In this document: positions 1-12,031 of the stretch, one piece after another
How positions within the stretch are numbered: the first letter of the stretch is position 1
How the letters are laid out: every line of letters starts with the position of its first letter
DNA from: Malacoraja senta
Lineage: Eukaryota
Reading direction: 5' to 3'
Assembly (NCBI GenBank): GCA_038087875.1
Contig: JAXLNO010000087.1
Coordinates: 62,001-126,000 of the forward strand
DNA: 64,000 nt
Made by a program: the position numbers and the translations under genes
Notes under the pieces: model-generated
What the model saw: the letters and a program-made list of their open reading frames with translations, nothing else
The model's database searches: none
What the model was told of the DNA's origin: nothing

Positions 1-19
1 TATGAACATGAGTAAGCAA

Positions 20-510
20 TGTGGCCCTTCAAGCCCACTCAACCCCTCAGTGTGATCATGGCTGATCATCCAAATTGTGTCCCCAGTTGGGGGATTCCCC
101 ATACCTTTCTCCCCATACACCTTGGTCCCTCTAGCTAGAAGAACAATATTTAACTCATGAGTATATTCAACAATATGATTTCAATTGCGTTCCATGATAG
201 AGAATTCCTCTGGTTCACCACTCTGGATGAAGAGATTTCTCCCCCTCTGAGTTCTACGTGATCTCAACTTATTCTCGCTCTGTCATCCTGGTCCTGAAAC
301 TCCCAGCATCAGGAACATCTTACCTCGAATCTTTCCAGTCCTGTTACAACTTTTAAATGTTGTAGGTTTCTATAAAATGATAATTCCTTCCAAACTCCAG
401 TGAATATTGACCATTGCTCTTCATACGTCAGCCCTGCCGTCCCTACAGTTAATCTGCTGCACTTCTGATGTGTTCCCTCCATAGCAAAAATATCCTTCCT
501 TAAGGAAAAG
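20..510 (-). mobile_element. Old degraded CR1 LINE 3' fragment
   Basis: Minus-strand translation resembles the CR1 ORF2 C-terminus (LRKDIFAMEG...AGLTYEE), followed by a diverged CR1 3'UTR like the younger copies in this window. Confidence 0.7.
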
Positions 511-1009
511 TGGGCTCCTTCCATCTGCTTTAACCAAACTCTGACACTTTCTGCTCCCCATTCCTCTCACCTGGATGTAGATTGCCAGTGTGTTTGTCAA
601 ATCTTCAATTGAGTTCAGATTTTTGAATCCACTTGTGGTGTCATATAGCACAGAAACAGGCCCTTTGTGGGCCAAAATACCATTGACACCCGTTCTAATC
701 AAGAATTGGTCTATCTCTGCCTTAAAAATATCCACTGATTTGGCCTCCACAGCCCTCTGTGGTAATGAAGTTCCTCCTCACCTCATTTCTAAAGGCGCAC
801 CCTTTAATTCTGAGCCTATGGCCTCTGGTCCAAGACTCCCCCAGAAGTGGAAACATCTTTTCCACATCCACTCTATGCCTTTCATTAGTCTGTAAGTATC
901 CACATATCCTCACGTGGATCGTGTCCAAAAATCCAAATCTTTGCTGTCCCTTTAGGAAGAATCAGTGTTCTGTTGAAAGGAAGGGGGATAATTGTGGGTA
1001 GAGAATTGT

Positions 1010-1281
1010 GGACAGCACAGTGGTAGAGTTGTTGCCTTACAGCGCTTGCAGCGCCAGAGACCCCGGTTCAATCCCAACTATAGGTGCTGTCTGTACGGAG
1101 TTTGTACTTTCACCCCGTGACCTGTGTGGGTTTTCTCCTAGATCTTCGGTTTCCTCCCACTCTCCAAAGACGTACAGGTTTTAGGTTAATTGGCTTGGTA
1201 AATGTAAAACAAAGTTGTCCCGAGTGTGGGTAGGATAGTATTAATATTTCCTGTTTCCGCGCTGTATCTCTAAACTAAACT
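1010..1281 (+). mobile_element. tRNA-derived V-SINE (HE1-like)
   Basis: tRNA-like head (GGTAGAG...GGTTCAATCCC), central GGTTTCCTCCCACTCTCCAAAGAC core, CTAAA tail; many sister copies in the window. Confidence 0.8.
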
Positions 1282-1323
1282 GAGAATCTTTCCTAATGTT
1301 TTTGTTTGTGTTCTCTCTTGCAG

Positions 1324-1491
1324 CCGGAGGTTCATCCTGGGAACTGTTGGCCATTTAAAGGCTCCCAAGGCTTTGTTGTCATCGAGCTTGCTGTCCGGAT
1401 CAGGCCAACAGCCTTTACCCAAGAGCACATTCCAAGATCCATTTCTCCGCATGGATCAATTAGAAGTGCCCCTCAAGATTTCTCTGTTTAT
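1324..1491 (+). CDS. SUN-domain protein exon (SUN1/2/3-like LINC component), third-last exon
   Basis: Polypyrimidine-CAG acceptor and GTGAGT donor, phase 0; translates PEVHPGNCWPFKGSQGFVVIELAVRIRPTAFTQEHIPRSISPHGSIRSAPQDFSVY, carrying the SUN motifs PGNCWxF, EHI and SAPxDF. Confidence 0.93.
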
Positions 1492-2205
1492 GTGAGTGAA
1501 ACGTATAGAATATGAGTGAATGTTTGGGAACCATGGTGTTTGTGTGGAGCATGCTGCTGAACATGGCGAGGCTTTCTTGGACATTGGATTCCATGTTCAG
1601 GGTCCCGAGTGGTCTCACAATCCACGTCAATCACATTAACAAGTTCTGTTAAAAAATGAGTACAGTCCACATATACAGTCCAGTCCAGAACAATAATCCC
1701 TCAAATAGAAGGCCCTCTAATATAATCTTCAATCTTCCATGCTACACAAGTTGCTCATACTGGTGTTTGAACTGTGATTCTGGGTTTTCACTGACTTCAC
1801 TGAGTTTTGTCACTTTATTGGACAATCCTCAACACTGCTAACCACAAAAGCTTTATACAGTGATGAAGCAACTTTACAACCAATAGATGAGATTAAAGTT
1901 AACACTACACATACTAGGGACAATTTTTATGCCAAATTCTTTCCTGAGTGGGGGTGAACAATTCTTCACTGGTATTCTCTCAGGATTGAGGATGACTTGC
2001 TTCCACTCTAGTTCTGTGGGTATAGAGGTGCCTGATGAGGCCCCTGTGGTGGGACACCCTGATTCTACCACAGATGAGAGTTGATGCTACGCATCGTTTC
2101 ATTCTGTTTGATTGTGTACAGATTCACTTCATGTGCTAAATGAGGTGATGACATTTTTCCAATTGACTGTTTGAAATGAAATTATGTTATATATTCAACC
2201 AATGT

Positions 2206-2317
2206 CTTGCCTACTATGTCAATGCCTACTATGTTCTGTTGTGCTGAAGCAAAGCAAGAATTTCATTGTCCTATCAGGGACACATGACAATAAACTCACT
2301 TGAATCTTGAATCTTGA
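2206..2317 (+). mobile_element. Short 3' end of Rex/Babar LINE
   Basis: Nearly identical to the 3'UTR and tail of the Rex copy at 31880-31975 (GACACATGACAATAAACTCACTTGA plus CTTGA-type repeats). Confidence 0.75.
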
Positions 2318-2431
2318 AGCTTTCTTCCAGGCAAGGGTGAAAGTCCTGCTTTCACCAGCTGGTAGAATTGTTGGGGTGACTGGAGAGTAATTTTCTGTGT
2401 GTAAAGCTTGCTAATTTCTACTTGTTCACAG

Positions 2432-2524
2432 GGCTTGGATGATGAAAATCAAGCCGAATGGATCCTATTGGGACAATACACGTATAACGAGGAAGGGGAT
2501 TCAATCCAGACGTTTGAGGTGCAG
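2432..2524 (+). CDS. SUN-domain protein exon, penultimate
   Basis: CAG acceptor and GTATGG donor, phase 0; GLDDENQAEWILLGQYTYNEEGDSIQTFEVQ matches the SUN LLGxYTYxxxGxxIQTF motif. Confidence 0.92.
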
Positions 2525-2797
2525 GTATGGAAGTGAATAAAGGATCATTGATACTTTGCTGGAACAATCCTATAACCTTGGCCTTTTCCTGCAAGCTTTT
2601 ATTTTCCTTTGCCTCAAATATTTATCTATCTTTCACAAATATATACTTTGCGATGTAGTAACTGTTAACCAAAATCTGGCATGTGCCAATATTTGACAGT
2701 TCACTCACTGGTGTTTGAACTATGATTCTGAGTTTTGGTGCTGACTTCACCCATGTTTTAGTTTAGCTTAGAGATGCAGTGCTGAAACAGGGCCTTA

Positions 2798-3442
2798 AGG
2801 GTTGTCCCACTTGGCTGTCTTTCGCGCGCCATTTACGCGACCTGCTAGCGTGTGGGTAGTACGTGGGTAGCGCGGGACCGGGCGCATGGTGTGGTGTGGA
2901 GGAGTGTGGACTTCGTCCTGCACGAAATCTTCGCGCGCCAACGGCCTGTCGCGTAACTGACAGCCAAAGTGGGACAGGCCCAAGACCCTGGCGCGACGCA
3001 ACGTCTCACCTCCAACAGCAGCAGAAGCAGGCAAACGATCGTCGAACTCAGCCTGGGGCTCACAGCCATTGCGGATCCGGATCCGCCCCAACTCCTACTC
3101 CCAGATCGGGGCCAAGACGATTCAAGATAAACATAAAATGCCGGAGTATCTCAGCGGGACAGACAGCATCTCTGGAGAGAAGGAATGGGTGACGTTTCGG
3201 ATCAAGACCCTTCTTTCAGACTGAAGAAGGGTCTCGACCCAAAATATCATCCATTCCTTCTCTCCAGAGATGCTGCCGGTCCCGCTGAGTTACTCCTGCA
3301 TTTTGTGCCCATTTACAAATGCCGTCACGTGCTCCAGACGGCTGTGCGGGCAGATGATGACGCGCACGACTCTCACGGGACCATCGCGCGACCTTCACTA
3401 CCGGCCTGTTGCGTAAGTGACGGCCCAAGTGGGACAGGCCCT
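2798..3442. mobile_element. Composite PIF/Harbinger-type MITE containing a Penelope-derived palindrome
   Basis: TIRs AGGGTTGTCCCACTT / AAGTGGGACAGGCCCT, flanks TTA / TAG, internal TIR copy at ~2967; inserted into a minus-strand V-SINE; sister copy at 20575-21277. Confidence 0.75.
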
Positions 3443-6009
3443 TAGTCCGCACCGACCAGCGACCAGGAATCCCCGCACACTAACACTATCAATAGACAAT
3501 AGGTGCAGGAGTAGGCCATATGGCCATTCAAGCCAGCACCGCCATTCAATGTGATCATGGCTGATCATCAACAATGAGCACCCTGCTCCTGCCTTCTCCC
3601 CATATCCCCTGACTCCGCTATCTTCAAGAGCTCGATCTTGCTCTCTCTTGAAAGTATCCAGAGAAGCGCCCTCTGTGGCAGAGAATTCCACCGACTCACA
3701 AGACCCACACGAGGGACAAATGACATTTATACCAACACAATTAACCTACAAACCAGTATTTGGTGTGGAAGGAAACCGAAGATCTCGGAGAAAATGATCA
3801 GCCATGATCACATTGAATGGCGGTGCTGGCTCGAAGGGCCGGCTGGCCTACTCCTGCACCTATTGTCTATTATCTATTGTCTATAAAACCCATGGGGAGA
3901 ATGTACAAATTCTGGAACCCAGAGTTGTAAGGCAGCAACTCTACCGCTGAGCCTCCGTGCCACCCTTTTCTAACTTAAAACATATTTGCTTCAGGCAAAG
4001 GTTTTATAGAATGCCAAGCTGATTCAGTCCAGTAATGGAGATCAAGGTGGCAAAGATCAATCACATGATCCAGGAGCCACCAGTGAGTTAATGGGGATGA
4101 ACTCAAGTGAAGATAACTAAAGCTTGAAATTCTGGCACGGTTATGTTTTCATGCTGTGTCTTGAAATCCCTTTTACTCTGGAAACTGCAGTATTTACTGT
4201 GATTGTCCCCGTTGTGCATCTGATGTGGTCTCCACATTGGTCTTTGCAGGGTGTTGTCCTTCTTTCTTCTTTTGGGGCATCGCCACAGACGTTCAACCAA
4301 GTTGATCATGCCCAGGATACTGTTTCATAAAGAACATACTTTTTTGTGTTTCTTCCAGCCATTTTTCTGCATGATATTTCATCTGCATGTTCCTGCTCAT
4401 TCATTTAACCTGTCATTATCCAAAGAAGCCTCTCCTAATCCTGTTCAGCTCACACAGCCACCCTGCTTTGGTTAGCAAACTTCCATACATTTTGATCCCT
4501 TCGTCCAAATTATTAATGGGACTTAGTTGGACACTTTCTGAAAGTCTAAATACACTCCATCTTACTCCTGCTAGTTAAACCTTAAAAAAACCTTGAATGG
4601 ATTTGTCAAACATTTGTCATTGAAAATCAACTTGACCCTACCCAGCCTATTTATTTTAAGCATCATGTTACTACTTCTGTATAATAGATTGCATTATTTT
4701 CCATAACTCTAAAAGGCAGATTGATCTGAAACTTTCCATTTTGTTAATCTCCCTCCTTTCTGGAATTTGCTACCTTCTGTTTTGTGGGGAAAGTTCTACA
4801 ATTTATGGAATTTTGAAAGATGACAACCACTGTTGCTATAGCCATCTTTCAAAATATTAAGATGCAGTTTGTCCAGCCATGGGGATTTATCATCTTTAGT
4901 TTCTTTATTTCCCCCAATGCTTTTTTGTTTTACTAATGCTAATTTCACCGAGCTCCTTCATTCTGGATGTATTGTTCTCCACAATTTCTTTCTACATTTA
5001 CAATGCAACACTGGTTGGAACCTAAGGTGGGCCCTGTACTGGCCTCTTGATCCCCAAGATCTAACCCCAATCATTCTTGTTCCTGTGCCACTGATCAGCT
5101 AAGACTTACAATGGAGGCCCTATTGTAGATTCCTGTCCAACCCCCTTCCTCCAATCTTGCTGGCAGCTGATCCCTTCTCAACTGAACAGATTTACAGCCC
5201 CCTTGAGTAATGCTCATGCGTCTTGGCTGTAAGATCTGACCCAAGGGATCAGATGGACTGTCAGTAAGTTCTCTCACATGTGTCTTTTGCTGAAGATTAA
5301 ATATATTTGGCAAGTATGTCAGGAGTTTGTGATTTGCAAATAGCGCATTGTGTAAGAAGGAAATGTTGATGCTGCAGATGCTTTACACTGAAGATGAACA
5401 CAAAATGCAGGAGTAATTCAGTGGGACAGGCAGCATCTTTGGAGAGAAGGAATGGGAAGCATTTCAGGTCGAGGCCCTTCTTCAGACTCGTATTATCGGA
5501 AATATCGGATTGACTGGAACAAATAACAAGTTACAAATAGAAAATTGCAAATCTGCAGGTGATGGAGGACTGAAACACAATGCTAGAAATACTCGGGTCA
5601 GGCAGCAGATGCGCAGAGATACTTTTTTAATTGACCATTCATGCAATCTGGTCAAGGATAAACATATTTTCAGATGCAGAGATAGGGAAACTGAGGAGAG
5701 CTGGATCAGTGGCTGATCTACTTGAAGCATGTACAAGTTTCAAACTTGCTGAACCAATCCAGATTACAGATTGTAGAAACAAGAACCTGCAGATGCTGGT
5801 TTACCGAGGAAAGACACAAAATGCTGGAGTAACTCAGCAGGTCAGGCAGGTCCAGGAATGCTGCCGACCCACTGAGTTACTCCATAGAAATATAGAAACG
5901 TAGAAAATAGGTGTAGGAGGAGGCCATTCAGCCCTTCGAGCCAGCACCGCCATTCATTGTGATCATGGCTGATCGTCCCCTATTGATCATGGCTGATCGT
6001 CCCCTATCC

Positions 6010-7872
6010 GAAGGGTTTCTACAGCTATATTAATAGCAAAAGGATAACAAGGAATAAAATTGGTCCATTAGAGAGTCAGAGTGGACAGCTATCTGCAGAG
6101 CCAAAACAGATGGGGGAGATATTGAACAATTTATTTTCTTCGGTATTCACCAAGGAGAAGGATATGGAATTATGTGAGGTAAGGGAAACAAGCAGAGTAG
6201 CAATGGAAACTATGAGATTCAAAGAAGAGGAGGTGCGGACACTTTTGAAAAATATGAAAACGGATAAGTCTCCAGGTCCTGACAGGATATTCCCGAGGAC
6301 ATTGAGGGAAGTTAGTGTAGAAATAGCAGGGGCTATGACAGAAATATTTCAAATGTCATTAGAAACGGGAATAGTGCCAGAGGATTGGCATACTGCGCAT
6401 GTTGTTCCGTTGTTTAAAAATGGTTCTAAGAGTAAATCTAGCAATTATAGACCTGTTAGTTTGACGTCAGTTGTGGGCAAATTAATGGAAAGGATACTTA
6501 GAGATATTATATATAAGCATCTGGATAAGCAGGGTCTGATTAGGAACAGTCAACATGGATTTGTGCCTGGAAGGTCATGTTTGACTAATCTTCTAGAATT
6601 TTTCGGAGAGGTTACTAGGGAAATTGATGAGGGTAGAGCAGTGGATGTTGTCTATATGGACTTCAGTAAGGCCTTTGACAAGGTTCCTCATGGAAGGTTG
6701 GTTAAGAAGATTAAATTGTTGGGTATTAATGGTGGAGTAGCAAGATGGGTTCAACAGTGGCTGAATGGGAGATGCCAGAGAGTAATGGTGGATGGCTGTT
6801 TGTCAGGTTGGAGGCCGGTGACTAGTGGGGTGCCTCAGAGGTCTGTGTTGGGTCCACTGTTGTTTGTCATGTACATCAATGATCTGGATGATGGTGTGGA
6901 AAATTGGATTAGTAAGTATGCAGATGATACTAAGATAGGTGGTGTGGTGGATAATAATGTAGATTTTCAAAGTCTACAGAGAGATTTAGGCCATTTGGAA
7001 GAGTGGGCTGAAAGATGGCAGATGGAGTTTAATGCTGATAAATGTGAGGTACTACATCTCGGCAGGATAAATCAAAATAGGACGTACATGGTAAATGGTA
7101 GAGAATTGAGGAATGCAGTTGAACAGAGGGATCTAGGAATAACTGTGCATAGTTCCCTGAAGGTGGAATCTCATGTAGATAGGGTGGTAAAGAAAGCTTT
7201 TGGTGTGCTGGCCTTTATAAATCAGAGCATTGAATATAGAAGTTGGGATGTAATGTTAAAATTGTACAAGGCATTGGTGAGGCCAATTCTGGAGTATGGA
7301 GTACAATTTTGGTCGCCTAATTATAGGAAGGATGTCAACAAAATAGAGAGAGTACAGAGGAGATTTACTAGAATGTTGCCTGGATTTCAGCAACTAAGTT
7401 ACAGAGAAAGGTTGAACAAGTTAGGTCTTTATTCTTTGGAGCGCAGAAGGTTAAGAGGGGACTTGATAAAGGTCTTTAAAATTATGAGCGGGTTAGACAG
7501 AGTTGACGTGGATAAGCTTTTTCCATTGAGAGTAGGGAAGATTCAAACAAGGGGACATGTCTTGAGAATTAAGGGACAGAATTTAGGGGTAACATTAGGG
7601 GGAACTTCTTTACTCAGAGAGTGGTAGCTGTGTGGAATGAGCTTCCAGTGGAAGTGGTGGAGGCAGGTTCGATTTTATCCTTTAAAAATAGGTTGGATGG
7701 GATATGGACGGGAAAGGAATGGAGGGTTATGGTCTGAGTGCAGGTAGATGGGACTAGGGGGAAGTTATATGTATATATTTTTTTTAATGAAAAAAAAATG
7801 ATATTCGGCACGGACTTGAAGGGCCGAGATGGCCTGTTTCCGTGCTGTAATGGTTATATGGTTATATGGTTA
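6010..7872 (+). mobile_element. 5'-truncated CR1 LINE with a 505-aa open RT reading frame (6110-7627)
   Basis: Motifs YRPVSLTS, QHGF, DFSKAFDKVPH, GVPQR(G)SVLGP, KYADD, LERRRLRGDLI; (TGGTTATA)n tail. Confidence 0.95.
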
Positions 7873-7877
7873 ATAAC

Positions 7878-8266
7878 CCGTGCCTGCCTTCTTCCCATAT
7901 CCCCTGACTCCACTAGCCCCTAGAGCTCTATCTAACTCTCTCTTAAATCCATCGAGTGATTTGTCCTCCACTGCCCTCTGTGGCAGGGAATTCCATAAAT
8001 TCACAACTCTCTGGGTGAAAAGGTTTTTTCCGACCTCAGTCTTAAATGACCCGCCCCCCCCTTTATTCTAAGACTTGGCCCCTGGTTCTGGACTCGCCCA
8101 ACATTGGGAACATTTTTCCTGCATCTAGCTTGTCCAGTCCTTTTATAATTGTATATATTTCTATAAGATCCCCCTCATCCTTCTAAACTGCAGTGAATAC
8201 AAGCCTAGTCTTTTCAATCTTTCCCCATATGACAGTCCCGCCATCCCAGGGATCAATCTTGTGAAC
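7878..8266 (-). mobile_element. CR1 LINE 3' fragment
   Basis: Reverse complement of the CR1 ORF2 end and 3'UTR seen in other copies. Confidence 0.8.
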
Positions 8267-8653
8267 TCCAGCATTTTATCTTTCCAGAATAGAAGTTTAT
8301 TTTTCATGGCCACTTTATTCACAATTTGTCAGTTGCCACAAAGCAAGCCTGTGTAAGTAAGCATGTTCTCTCCTCATCCACGATGCTACATGGAGTAAAG
8401 TTGTTGCTCCCAGTATTTCCTGCTGTCATTTGAGATCCATGTTCCCCTTATACCTCTGTAAAACATCTACCTTTTCCATGATAAAATGCTTGTTATCAAT
8501 GCTGTACGTAATTGAATAGAATGTCCTGAAATCCATGATCAGCAGGATGTTTGAAGTCTGGTTTGTAGCTAATCCATCTTCTCTCCAGCGTACAGTACTT
8601 TCATACTGAAGCACAGGTTCCCTGATCTGTCATCATGTTTTTTTGCTTTGTAG

Positions 8654-8766
8654 AATAAAGATGCTGCCGTTTACAATTTCACTGAACTGCGAGTGAATAA
8701 CAACTGGGGCAATCCAGAATACACTTGCCTCTACTGCTCCGTGTCCACGGAGAACCAGTGATGTGA
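8654..8766 (+). pseudogene. SUN-domain terminal exon with 1-nt frameshift (pseudogene or assembly error)
   Basis: TAG acceptor; NKDAAVYNFTELRVNNNWGNPEYTCLY, then TGC TC CGT GTC CAC GGA GAA CCA GTG ATG TGA; restoring one base gives xRVHGEPVM*, the SUN C-terminal motif. Confidence 0.85.
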
Positions 8767-9000
8767 TTCTGGAGCTCGGCTGCCCCGCAATCTGCAACAC
8801 TAACAACCTCTACGTAATCTGGATTCAAAGTTGATTTCCCGCAACAATGTCAATTTCTGTCATAAATGTTAATAGTGTTTTAAATTATTTATAATTATTT
8901 TATATTAAATATTTAGAATGAAACATCCTTAATGTGATTACTTAATGTACTTTAATAACCTTTTCATATTTATTTAAACTACTTTTTATTTTATTTTAAC

Positions 9001-9455
9001 GGGGGAGGGGTTGTGTGGAAGAGGGGGGGTTGTGGGGGGAGGGGCGGGTTGGGGTTGTGGGGGAGGAGGGTGTGCGGGAGGAAGGTGTGAAGGAGGGGGG
9101 TTGTGGGGGGAGGGTTGACGTTGTGGGGGAGGAGGATGTGGAGGAGGGGGGTTGTGGGGGGAGGGTCGGTTGGGGTTATGGGGGGAGGGGGTTGTGGAAG
9201 GAGGAGGGTGTGGGGGGAGGGGCGGGGTTGGGGTTGTGGGGGAAGGTGTGGGGAGAGGGGCGGGGTTGGTGTTGTGGGGGAGGAGGGTGTGGGGAGGGGC
9301 GGGGTTGTGGTTGTGGGGGGGGGGGGGTCAGGGTTGGGGTTGTGGGGGGAGGAGGGTGTGAGGGATGGTCAGGGTTGGGGTTGTGGGGGGAGGGGGATGT
9401 GAGGGAGGAGGGTGTGAGGGATGGTCAGGGTTGGGGTTGTGGGGGGGGGGGGGTG
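9001..9455. repeat. G-rich degenerate minisatellite (GGGGTTGTGGGGGGAGG-like), G-quadruplex-prone
   Basis: Dozens of G3-G10 runs; complementary C-rich copies at ~9650-9720. Confidence 0.9.
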
Positions 9456-9459
9456 TATG

Positions 9460-10700
9460 GAGTTGAGTCGGAGATGTCGCCAAACGGAAAGCGGAGACTG
9501 ATCCCAGCGTAGGAGAACGACCAGCGCCCACTGTGAGTCCCCATCGCACTGCCAATTCCAGCCACTACCCCTCTGGTCGCCCTCGCTGGCTCCCGTGATA
9601 CCCCCTCCTCCCCCATGGCTCTTTCCCTGTATTTTCTGCGAGCTCTCTACCCCTTCCCCCCCCCCCCCCCCCCCGTCCACACACCCCACTACCCCCACAA
9701 CCCCCCCCCCCCATAACCCCTCCGCACTGCCTGCGGGCCTGGACCGACCGACACTCCGGTCCGCGGACCTGTGGCTAGAAGAGCCTCCTAGACACCTCCT
9801 ACACATTAGACGTGTGTGTGTGCGTGGTTGGGATGGATGGGAGCGGGGATTTCCACGGGCGCAACTAACGAACAAAGGACCTGAAGTTTGCGTTGAGTGA
9901 ACTGTGTTGTTAACATTCTCGCCGCCGGACACCGGCGTTTTGTGAGAGTGGTTGGATGCCACCTTCAACTCATCCAACGTCGGTCACATTATCCGGACAG
10001 ACAGGCGGGCGAGCGGAGGATCAGGAGCTGATGTGAGGCATCGGTGATGCTGTGGGATCCTAGTCAGCTGCCGCTGAGCAGCGGGATGGAGGAGGCAGCT
10101 CTCGACCCGGGGTCAAGTTTCCTTTATTGTCATTCAGACCTTTCGGTCTGAACGAAATTGTGATGCCTGCAGTAGAGGTGTAGAGGTATCACTTCTTCCA
10201 GCGGCGAGTGAGCGGAGGGAGAGGCACCAGCTACCGTGGCCCGCTCACCTGTCTGTCGGCCGCTGACTCCTCCATCCCGGGATCCCGGGTTACAACCACT
10301 CTCACAAAACGCCGGTGTACGACGAGGACGGTAAGCACACTCAGTTCACTCAACGCAAACTTTAGGTCATTTGATCCTTGCACCAGCGGAAATCTCCAGC
10401 GCGGTGGAGACGAGGGGTTTCTGAAGTTGCATTCTGTCGATTGAGGACATTTTCTCCACTCTCCCAGAAGCAACGAGCCATGGCTTTACCAGTGGTTGTT
10501 TGTCTAACTGAAACCTCTTTCACCCACCTCTCACCGTCTCTCCCTGTCTCCCACTTGCATCTGCCCCCGCTCTCTCTCTCTCGCTGTTACACCCCGCTCT
10601 CCCCGCTACCAGGTACCGCGTTCGGTTTTTTTATTCTCGAATGACCTTTGCCAAATCCCCTGATTCCTTGTGTTTTTCGGAATACCGAACTGGCTTATTC
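9460..10700. promoter_or_regulatory. CpG-island-like region with an internal inverted duplication
   Basis: Locally high CpG density compared with CpG-poor flanks; arms 9845-9955 and 10293-10400 are diverged reverse complements. Confidence 0.5.
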
Positions 10701-10864
10701 CGGGATGCTCAGTTCCACTTTTGGGCCTAATTTTTTGTAACATTTGTGCTGGGGTAAGGTTTACTGAGATGTTCTAAACAGGAAGTCCTGTTGCCTGTCT
10801 TTCTACCTTCAATATGGATGCCAATTTCTTAAAGTTTTAAGCCAACTGCTTGTATAGGAAATAC

Positions 10865-11240
10865 CAGCAACTGCAGATGCTGGTTTACAAAAAAAGACTC
10901 AAAGTGCTGGAGTAACTCAATGGGTCAGACAGACAGAATCTCTGGAGAACATGGATAGGTGATATTTTGGGGCAACACCTTTCTTCAGATTGATGGTGAT
11001 CGGGAGGAGGGAGAAAACTAGGGAAGTTAGTGATTTCAATCTTCATGTTGTAAACTACCCAAGTGGTAGATGAAATGCTGCTTCTCCAGTTTATGTGTTG
11101 CCTCACTCTGGTAATGGAGGAGGCTGGTAATGGAGGAGGCTGAGAAGAGAAAACTTATGATGGGAATGTGAAGGGCTGTTAAAATGGTGAGTAACTGGAA
11201 GATCCAGTATGTTGGCAGACCAAGCACTATTGTTCGGCTA
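10865..11240 (-). mobile_element. Degraded Penelope-like element 3' end
   Basis: Minus-strand EATHKLEKQHFIYHLGSLQ matches EQHRKLEEMHLIFRLGSLH of the 17.9 kb copy, followed by the same 3' repeat with a decayed hammerhead motif. Confidence 0.7.
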
Positions 11241-12031
11241 ATCTGACAACATTCTGCAGCACATATTCCATCAACCGAAACTACGAGAGAATGCTTGCTG
11301 TGGCATCATTGCCTCAAAATTATAGGGCGCTCTTTTAGAAAGGAGGTGAACAGGAACTTCTTTAGTCAGAGGTAATTAATCTGTGGAACTCATTGCCACA
11401 GAGGGCTGTGGAGGCCAAGTCAGTGGATATTTTTAAGGCAGAGATAGACATATTCTTGAATAGAACGGGTGTCGAGGGTTATGGGGAGAAGATAGGAAAA
11501 TGGGATTAGGAAGCAGAGATCAGCCATGATTGAATGGCGGAGTGGACTTGATGGGCCGAATGGTCTAATTCTAATCTTCCAACTTGTCAATGGGACAATG
11601 ATTTACATTAAGGCCAGCTCAACCCATCCAACGTTGCCTATTGCAGTGATTCAGTGACTCCTTGACCTTTGCAGTTTGTTTCTTATCTCAACACTACTGC
11701 CAAAAACAGCAGCAATATGTGGATAGGCATAAGCTGCAGTTTGCTTTTGCCACTATTTGATTTGTAATCAGTTAATTCAGGTTTGATTTTGGTGAACAAA
11801 GTCAGGCCATCATCAATGGTTGATACAAATTAGTGTTGAATGTTACGTTTCTGTGTGTGTTGATGTGGTGGTGGACTCAAATAGTTTGCTTTTATTCATT
11901 TCAGAAATTGATATTTTAAAGGGAAAGGATGTGGATGTGACTTGGATGTGGCCCAAAAATTCAACTGAGCTTTCAGGATCAATTATAGCTCAAGAAAAAG
12001 TCTTTAGGAAGTTGTACTGACCATCTTCTGA

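Noticed and set aside
1010..1085. tRNA-like A/B boxes
   Set aside because: These are SINE heads, not tRNA genes; no full cloverleaf
3990..5320. Coding-looking minus-strand segments inside the SUN intron (possible antisense gene exons)
   Set aside because: In-frame stops, no recognisable homology, no consistent exon chain
6110..7627. 505-aa RT ORF as an active or domesticated gene
   Set aside because: 5'-truncated CR1 lacking the endonuclease, PQG changed to PQR, frameshift near the C-terminus
9015..9977. Gly/Pro-rich ORFs up to 202 aa
   Set aside because: Translations of G-rich and C-rich minisatellite
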